64,000 nucleotides of DNA. Origin: Amoebidium appalachense (lineage: Eukaryota; Protista; Ichthyosporea). The DNA lies in contig CAVNZM010000002.1 in NCBI GenBank assembly GCA_963693365.1, forward strand, positions 8,591,059-8,655,058, in the 5' to 3' direction. A program made the translations under genes and the position numbers. This document shows, one piece after another, positions 54,603-64,000 of the stretch; position 1 is the first letter of the stretch, and every line of letters begins with the position of its first letter. The notes beneath the pieces were generated by a model. That model had not been told where the DNA came from. It worked only from the letters and a program-made list of their open reading frames with translations, and made no database searches.

Positions 54603-55741
54603 CCTTTGGTGACAATGTGCTTTAAAAACAGCGGCCGGTTGGCTGTTGTTTAAGCAAAACACAAGAAACCGTAGTACACGTGCAGAAGAGAGAGCCGGTT
54701 CAGAGTCACGGCGTAAAATTACGGTGGCAATGCTCGAGTGACCACAGGATGTTCGATTGAAAGTTCAAGTAGACAAGCGTGTGCTCTCGCAGGATGTTAA
54801 TGTACAAAAATAATAAAGGCAATTTATTCATCGGCGTAGGAATACTCGAGGTTCCCCACCAAGTTTCCGCAAACAAACTGTCTCACTGAGTTGTCTCCTT
54901 GACTCATGAGTCAGACAGCAAGGTCTGGCTGTCTGGCCATGAGGTCGCACGGGCCAATCAGTTCGCTGTGATCCGCCCGGGCCCCCAACACTCAGATATT
55001 TTCCGGGGCGCACCTTTTTTTAGACTTACGTAAATATGATGACGTCTTATTTTTTATAAGTACTACATATTCAGCACATAAGAAGGAAGATAAATTATTT
55101 ACAGCTGATATGTACGCTGGATATATAGTGTTCATACAAGAAATTGTACTGAAATCCACACATGTACATAAAGTTATCTCTGTTGCGCGTTACTAAATTA
55201 CACGGCACCCCCCGGCCTTGTCACAATTTGAGTTTGAGGAGAACACACGGTGGTGCTCAGCACACCAATCGTGCTCGTCCGTGATTACCCATATTTGGCT
55301 ATTTTCCAGATCGCTGTTTGTAACCTGTGCCTTTCGCTTCCCAAATCTGTACTTGGACGTCTGGCAGGTGATCACACATGACCACGGCCATCGAGAAACA
55401 CCCTACAATGTAGATGGCCGTGCACATGACAAAGTTCGTAAGGGCAAATCTGAACAGGGGATGAATACTAAAAAAAAGGTGTAAGTATGGACAAGGTGCC
55501 GAGTTCTTGACTGAAGCCAGCGATTTAGTAGTGTATGCCATGTTCCGTGCTTTGCAATATTATCGGGAAGAAATCAATTGACAGATGGGCATGATGGCTG
55601 TGATCGTGATCTCTCCACTGTTCAATGCATGCTAATATATTTTTTTCATAGCATATTAAAGTCATTAATAGCCCAAAATTGTAATTGGACACTCAGCCAG
55701 CCATACCCCCTCCTCCCCCGCCCCTCCCTGGCTTTCTCTCT

Positions 55742-55783
<42 letters not shown>

Positions 55784-56013
55784 CGGAAACCCCCCCAAAC
55801 CCACTTTTCTCTTTCCCTCCCCATGGAAAGGGGAAAAAAATTACACGTTTCATGGTAGCATTCAGGACGCAGTTACATACATGCTTTCTCGCTCTACCAA
55901 AACTCTAAAGTCCTTAATATGACATCGTCACAAATACGAGATCCATGTTTTGAGCTACAAGTGTATGCAAAGGGCCTAACTAAGGCGCTCGGATCAGGTG
56001 ATCCCGGTTCCCA

Positions 56014-57190
56014 TCAGCTGGCAAAGCCTTTTTTAGTGAGCAGGCCGCTTTGCAGGAGCGCTTGGTGGTGTTCGGGGGCATACAGCCGCAGATATCTCAA
56101 CACCTGGGCGGATAAATGTTGATCAAAAAAAGGAATATTCCCGTTTTGGATAGCCGATATCTCATTAGCAGGATAAACACACACACACACACGCGCGCGC
56201 ACAGGCGCGCGCGCACACACACATACACACAAACGCACACACTCATCATCTCATATCAAAAAGACAAATATTCACAGTCTGGATAATCGAGTAGATATCC
56301 CAGCACCTGGGAGGATAAGTTCTTTCAAACATCCGAATATTCACGAATTGGACAGACGGGCGGGTATCTTTCTTGGATAGCCGAATGGATAGCCGAAATT
56401 AGGAGGTTTGGAGATTATCAAAAACACATATGCTCATGTAGGTGTCATTAGTCAAGTGGATATCTCAATTAGAAGGACTGTATCATGTTTTCAAAACGAC
56501 GAATATTCACAGTTGGATATTTCAGCGATTATCTCTACACCTAGAAGGACAAATTAGGCTACTATCAAACAAAAAGACGGACATCCATCACATCTAAACA
56601 CCCTGAAGAACCGATGTCATTAAAAAACCCGAAAACACATGTTATTATTAGATTGTTGCACTTGAAAGTCTTATAAACGCGGGGAAGATAGGATCTCGTT
56701 TGTACACGTGTCGAGACTGTGCAACATGTAACACGGGAGGAATGGCTTTCACTTTCAACTAAATTGGTGGGCCCTAGAGGACGCATCGGGGAGGTGGGGG
56801 GGGGGGGGGGGGGAGGGGGGGGGGGAGGGAGGGGGGGAGGGGGTTGACGGTTACCTTTCCTTCGACCTTTCCCATTTGATTCAAGTCCACGCCGATGGTT
56901 TCTGTGAGACGGAAATGATTGGTACAAGCCCTATATAGACCCCCCCCCCCCTGCCCGCCCGCCCGCCCACCCCGTCCGTAAACCCGTTGCACAATGTCCG
57001 CCGCACGCACACATGCACACACACAGACACACCCACGGGCCACACACGCAGATACCACACGTGCACACGCACACGCACACACACACACTCGCACGTGGGC
57101 GTACGCAGGCACATGCACTTGCATACACACGAAAATCACAAGTGCAAACGACCACCCACAGTGTCACGCGCTCTGTCCGTATGCGCAAGT

Positions 57191-57280
<90 letters not shown>

Positions 57281-58308
57281 GCACGCACGCACGCACGCAC
57301 GCACACACACACAAATCCACACGAACGAACAAACCAGATCAACAGTTATTGTAGTATCCGTCCACGAAACCTCAATCCCCCAATGACCGATCCCAACCCC
57401 TACCAATCCAGCCACACACCACCAGTAGAGCAACACGCTTCATTGCGCACAACAACCAGAGCAGCGCGTTCCACCCACCTATATATTGCTCTATTGCGCG
57501 GTTGCCCCGTGCTGGGTCCTCCCCCTGATCAATCATCACCTCCACCTCTGCCAGCCGGTAGGGCTCATCCGGTCTATCCAGGTACGTAACCTGAAATTTC
57601 AGCCGCTCTTGTTAATTCTGTCTTTTTCAAAATGATGATATACTGAAAATTGTCGTAACCAGATACGTCATCTGATATTTCAGCCGCTCTTGTTGATTGT
57701 TGTTTTTGTTTGTTTTAATTTTCACAGCGATGATATACTGAAATTTCTCATAACCAGATACGTAGCCTGCATTTCAACCGCTCTTGTTAATATATTCCTT
57801 TTGTTTTTATAGTGATTTTATTGAGTTACAAACAAGATAAACGAGATATCACAAGTTTCAGACGAGATATCACATGTCTCGTAAATTCCGAATATCAAAC
57901 CCACTAAAAACATTGGTCTGTTTGGGCCCTTATATTCTTCAGTAGCACCATGCATATTGACCAGTACGACAGCCTACTGGCAGCCAGCCGGGCACCTGAC
58001 TTTCTCGTTCACTTCCGGATATTGAAAATAGAAAATATTTGGGATAGATAAAAGTATCCCAATAGTGCAAAAGCAGGCACATGAACATTAGCACTTTTGA
58101 TTGAAGCAATGCAACTACTAACTCATCCACTTTGATTTGTGTCGGTAGCAACCCCCCCCCCCCCCCCCCGTCACCCCCCCCCCCACAAAAAAAAAAAAAA
58201 AAGATATTTGATTGAAGCAATGCAACTACTAAGTCATCCACTTTGCTTTGTGTCGGTAGCAAACCCCTCCCCCCCCCCCCTCCCCCCGCCCCCCTCCCCC
58301 CCCCCCCT

Positions 58309-58347
<39 letters not shown>

Positions 58348-59295
58348 AAAAAAAGAAAAGAAAAAAAAAAACTCTCAACACCTCCTTTTCGAACTCCCGG
58401 ATCGGAAAAAGAATAAAATTAAAACAAACCTTTAGCACAGCACACCCTTTTCCAGCAGTTCTTCTATCTCCATCCCTACTCCCGGAAAAAGAGTGTGCAT
58501 GTGTGTGTGTGTGTGTGTGTGTGTGTTGGGGGGGGGGGGGGGGGGGGGGGGAGGGGGGATTGCTGGAGGGACATCCATACCGTGTCACAATCCACAAGCA
58601 GTGGTACTCCCACGAGCGATACCGGCTGGATATACGATTTTCGAAATGTGCGGATAGACGTGAATTTTCGGTATCCGGCATTAAGCACCGCTTGCTCTAA
58701 GGGAATTTCTGGCCCGACTTGGAGCCTTTGCCTGATATCCTCCTCCTCCTCTACCTCTAGATACAGATCTAGGTTGCCTGTGTACAAACTGTGCATCAGT
58801 GAAGATCCTTAATAGAACTCTTTTGTATCGTTATCGTTGCATAGGGGCAGAGCAGTCCCCCCCTCTCCCCCCCTCCCCCCCCCCCCCCCCCCCCCCCGAG
58901 AGAACATGTCGTCATTTCAATTTATCCTCCGGCGGAAAGCTAGCGGTTGTGGTGGGTTTAAGTGGGTGGGTGGGTGGGTGGGTGGGTGGGTGGCCCAGGG
59001 TGGGTGCGTGGGTGCGTGGTGGGTAGTGGGTGGTGGTGGTGGTTGGGGGGGATGGGGGGAGGGGGGGATGGGGGGAGGGTTGCACGAAAAGGACCTTCCT
59101 TTTGCCTCTCTTATAAACCAGCACTTCAGCCCAACTACCCGTGGAAATAAGGGTTGAAGACTATTGCTTTTGTGGGGAAAACGAAAAGGGAAACTGCTGC
59201 ATAGCTGTTTCCGATTTCTAGCTTTCACACAAGGGTTACTTGGCAGAGTATCAGGGAGAGGTGACGTGACCAAGTGAGAGATGGAGGGAGGTAGA

Positions 59296-59382
<87 letters not shown>

Positions 59383-60762
59383 ATTGTGTGCGTGTGCGCG
59401 CTAATGTGTGTGCTGCCATGATGTAGCAAAAACCCTTGATTTTATTTTCATTTCTTTTGGGTGTGTGTGTGTTTGTGTGAGAGGTGGGGGGGGTTGGGGT
59501 TGGGGGGTGGGGGGTGGGGGGTTGTGGTGTGTGTGTGGGGGGGGGGATGAAGGGGACAAACCCAGTGTATAGCTCTCTGATGAAGGGATTTTCAGCTGCC
59601 AAGCACTTGATCTCTGTCTCAACCACCAATCCTTTCTGGTGAGCGAGAATTCGCCGGGTATGTCATAGTAGTCATCAACGAAATCTTTGATCTTGGTGCT
59701 GGTGGCGGTAGATGCAATGCGTGCCTCCGTGGGTTCATCTACAAGCAGTTTGCGCTCGATTTCAACTTTTGCCTGCGACGAAGATGTGAGGGATTGATTA
59801 CAGGGGGCAATGCAAAGTAGAAGGGTGGGTGGGGTGGGGGGGGGGGGGGGGGGGGGGGAAGGGGAAAGAGGGGGAGGGGGGGGGGGGGGAGGAGAGGGTG
59901 GGGGGAGGGGGGAGGGGAAGGGGGGTGGGGGTTCAACTGAAGGAGTTCCGGTTGAGCTGAATTTTTTTGCCTGGGGAGACGGTGGGAAGGAATAGGAGGT
60001 GTTATACAGAATAGATGTGTGTGTGTGTTAACTCGTACGGATAGAATGGTGGCCCAGGAGAACCAGGTTTCTCTTTTGAGTGTACAAACGGGGAAGGGGG
60101 GAGAGGGGGGGGGGGGGGGAGGGGAGAGGGGGGAGAAGGGAAGTGTAAGGATGAGTGAGTGAGTGTGTGAGTGTGTGTGTGTGTGTGTGTGGAAGGAGAG
60201 GGGGGGGAAGGGGGCGGAGAGGGGGGGTCCTTTTTTGCCTTCTCGGTTAGTGCCACGGTGTGGCTGGGTGTGAATGTGTGTGGGCAGTTGTGTACGCGCC
60301 GGAATATTCTTGCGCCCATCGTCTCTCTTCTATCTCTTTTCTTTCTTTTTCTTTATCTTTCTTTTTTATTTTCTTTTCTTTTTTTTGGGTGTGTGTGGGT
60401 GGGTGGGTGGGGGGGGAAGGAGGCAAATACTGAGGACGAAGGAGTTGGGGATGAGAGAGGGAGAAGGAGTACAGAAAATCAATGAATGCAGCATCATAAG
60501 TGAAACAAGAGCAAGGTCCGAAAAGGCTGTTTGTGTGTGTGTGTGTGTGTGTTTGCGTGTGTGTGTTGGGGGGAGGGAAGGGGGGAGGAGGGGGGCGGGA
60601 GGGGGGGGGGGGGGGGGAGGGGAGGGAGGGGGAGCTCGAGGGGCGGGGATAGGGGGGACATGTTACCATTTTGCTGACGCATAGGTGCCTCCTTGGCGTG
60701 CGTAGCAAAATATGCTGCAGCGTACGATTTCCTTTTAGAGCACAACGAGTAGGGGAAAACAT
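56014..60762 (-). CDS. THTPA: Thiamine triphosphatase (CYTH family), 260 aa from the first ATG or 229 aa from the second
   Basis: Exons 60762-60667, 59772-59562, 58807-58581, 57590-57479, 56901-56855 and 56103-56014 (783 nt). Motifs M-AKVEIERK (ExExK), DDYYD, DWWLRQR..WQLK, AEVEV and [19 protein letters not shown] match the eukaryotic THTPA layout. Confidence 0.88.
57575..57792 (-). repeat. Three tandem copies of the intron/exon-4 acceptor junction of THTPA
   Basis: ccag(g/a)tacgt..ctg..atttca(g/a)ccgctcttgtt(a/g)at occurs at about 57578, 57659 and 57754. Confidence 0.85.
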
Positions 60763-61777
60763 GGGTTCTGCCAAAACAAGCACCTGTGGTTTGAGGAATC
60801 GTTACGTCTCAGTCCGTCTACCAGCTAACATTAGCAGATGAAAACGTCCCAGCCTGGATTTTATAAGTTGATTGTGATAGACGCTCAAGGCCTCCACAGG
60901 CAACCCGGTGGCATGTGCATTTCAAACTAGACAAGTACATAAGTATTGACAATATACAACTTTCCCGTTTTGAAAGCTTTAGCTACCAATATCGTGCCGC
61001 AACTCTGAACTCTCTCGCCGAGAAAGTCACCGGGTGTAATGAATTCGAGATCCCAAAATCACCCCGATCGATATCCGAGGCGTTGTCGCTCCCCATAGAA
61101 TTGAGATATTTCGGAAATGGACACGTCAAAATGTTCGTCTTGATGTCCACTTCAAATGCACCCGGACACTTGCCTGGTGCCACCACAGGAACATTTGAAA
61201 TTTTGGTTTGAATTTTTTCTTTTGACTGGATTTATTCGACGGAAAGATATGCAAGTATGCACGGCATACTGAGAAGACAATAAAAACTTCACGACTTATC
61301 CAGTAACAAGTGCATACTGAGATACCTGAACACTGTGTGAAAATCATATAAATACTCAATGTGACGACCAACAGAATTCAACAAAAAGTCTAAAGTGTTC
61401 ACATTGCGAACTAGCGTAGCAGATTCCCGGAGAAAACGATCAAGCCATAATATATATCCATAGACTATCTATATCTATTTATTTAAATGGTATATTTGGC
61501 ATATCTCTAGGCTGGTTTGATGACGTCGTCGGCTGAGGTCGGGGGGGTCACAGATTGGCGCTTTTTGGGTTCTCTGCGCCATTCCACAGATCTCGATGAG
61601 GCCGTTCGAGCTATCCAAGAATTTTTGAAATCAACCGACGAGAATTATTTTTTTTTCATTTTTTCTTTTTTGGAGTGCTACAGGGGGTTTACACACTTTT
61701 TGCTACAGACTACCGGCACCATTCCCTTCCTCCCCTTCAAGTTACTACTACGTTGGATCTGATTGGGCTGTTCCGCA

Positions 61778-61790
61778 TTTTGGCGGGAAA
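61778..61790. promoter_or_regulatory. E2F-like site with an adjacent CCAAT, about 1 kb upstream of THTPA
   Basis: TTTGGCGGGAAA (reverse complement TTTCCCGCCAAA), with ATTGG at about 61763. This is a motif match only. Confidence 0.35.
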
Positions 61791-62385
61791 TATTTCCTGG
61801 TCACAGCTGCAGCGTCATGACCATGATCATGAGAGCTCTTGAGCATGAACCGACTTTATTCAGTGTGAGACTGGCTTTACAGTTATTGTGATGACACTGG
61901 CAGTATATACGGGAGAATATTCAGTTGCGAAGAGGATAGATGTAGAACCAGGGAAGGTGGTGAGAACGTGGAAGCCAAAGGCACAAAGATTAGCCAAGAT
62001 ATGGGAGTAAGGGTTTTAGGCAAAAGGGGTGGCATGCAGGTGATCAATAGGGGTTGACTCGAGTTCCTTTTTTCCTTGTATGTAGTAAGTTTTGCACTGA
62101 TTGATCGGCGCACGATCGAATTATTGGGTGCGCAAGAGAAACAACGCCTTATTTAGTGATAAGTAGCCAACATCAAGTTCGTGGTCTGCATCACCAGGTG
62201 GTTGTTACTGTGGTAGTGTCAAGTAGCTAAGACAGAATCATTATCTGCAACGAACTGTGGCGACATGTCAAGATATGGAGGTAAGGAATTCTTGGCGTAA
62301 GAGAGAAGAGAGGGGGGCGATAGAGCTGTTGGCGTGTGTTTTAGAAGAGCATTTTGTGTGTGTGTGCGTGTGCGTGCGTGTACGC

Positions 62386-62510
<125 letters not shown>

Positions 62511-63428
62511 GTGTGGGTATGTGTTTTCGTGTGTGTATTTGTGTGTGTGTACATTTGTGTGCGTGTGTGTGTTTGTGTGTGCGCTCGTGTGTATGTGCGT
62601 GCCCGTGTGTGTATTTTTTTTTTTTTTGTGTGTGTGTGTGTGTGTTTGTGTGTGTTAGTTACAAATTTGTGTTTGTGTAGTTGCTTGTTTATGTGCTGGC
62701 TGGTGTGCTTGCGTGCATGCGTGGGCTCCTGTGTGTGCTTTCTCATTTTTGCGTGTGCACACACCATCATGGGGTGTTGTGTTCACATGCATCAGCTTGG
62801 GTATGCTTGCGGATGTGTTTGATTTTGATTTTTTGCCTTCATGCACCTGTATTATGTGTGTGTGTGTGTGCATACTTGCAAAACCGTAAACGCTTGTGCA
62901 TGTGATTGGGATTTTGTGGTCGGGATGAAGGGAAAGGGAGCGGGAGGGAGGGAGGGGGGGGGGGGAGGGGAAGAGGAGGGGGGGGGGGGGGGGGGGGGGG
63001 GGGAGGAGGAGGAGGGGGAGGGGGGAGGAGGAGGGAAAGAGGTGCGGGGGGAAAGAGGGGGGGAGAGGGGGGGGGGGGGGGGGGGACAGGGATTGGTACG
63101 TCGCCAGTGAGGGGAGGAAACCAGGGAAGAATAGTCTTGCTGTGCTTTCCTGCTTGGGTTTTGTTTGGACATCCACACCGAGGCTCTTTTTTTTTGGGGG
63201 GGGGGGGGGGGGGGGGGGAGGGGGGGAGGGGGAGGTGGGGGTGGGGGAAGGGGGAGGGGGGAGGGGTAGACGGGACGGGACTGGAGAGTGGAATTAACGG
63301 TTTTGTTTGGGGAGGGGGGGGGGGGGGGGGGGTGGAAGAGACAAAACGGTTGGGGGGCCTGCGTGGGAATTGTTTTCCTTCACTTTCCTTTTCTGTGTGT
63401 CCAACCCCCCCCCCCCCCTTTTTTGTTC

Positions 63429-63663
<235 letters not shown>

Positions 63664-64000
63664 AAATTTTGGGGGGGGGGGGGGGGGGGGGGGGGGGCTT
63701 AGGGAGAAAACGAAATGGACATACGTCATCTGGAGGGTGCGCATTTGGTGGAAGGTAGCAATTGTGCAGTTTCCCTTGCTCATGGCAGCTAGGTAAAAAG
63801 AGTGAGATCCTATTCCTGCAACCAAATTTCTGAAACTAAGTTCCTCAGATTATGCAGCTGGCACCAGCTTTTCCGCTAGGCCAGCGGTGGGGGATTATCC
63901 CGGCAATGCCAAGCAGGTTGGTTCTGTTGGGATGGGGTTTTTCTTTTCGGTTTCCCCTTTGTTCTTCCATATTTCTCTTTCCCTTTTTGGTTTTACGCTG

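Noticed and set aside
55218-55541. Short ORFs on both strands between the bL31m-like gene and THTPA
   Set aside because: No recognisable motif or consistent exon chain.
56090-57792. Spaced repeats superficially like a CRISPR array
   Set aside because: The units are degenerate and of irregular length, lie in spliceosomal introns, and have no cas genes nearby.

Overview
Eukaryotic genomic DNA, very rich in simple repeats: poly-G/poly-C, (CA)n/(GT)n and (CT)n/(GA)n. Nearly all ORFs in the supplied track are repeat artefacts. The gene content suggests an opisthokont protist such as an ichthyosporean, but that is inference only. Splicing GT-AG exons by hand with matching phases gives these genes: three copies of an unknown secreted Cys/Trp-rich two-repeat protein (two intact, one pseudogene); a 5-exon protein with a UIM and an OTU/OTULIN-like domain that appears to lack the catalytic His; a divergently transcribed 6-exon rhomboid protease; a 7-exon RBR E3 ligase; a rolling-stone/AIG1-like membrane protein plus a partial duplicate; a frameshifted ORF with a GADD34/DP71L-like PP1-eIF2alpha motif; a Pho80/PCL-type cyclin; a probable mitoribosomal bL31m; and a 6-exon thiamine triphosphatase with a candidate mitochondrial presequence. 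The most striking non-coding signals are introns built from nested complementary simple repeats, with (CA)n-AG acceptors lacking a polypyrimidine tract, and tandem copies of 3' splice sites. All family calls come from motif recognition by eye, not from database searches.
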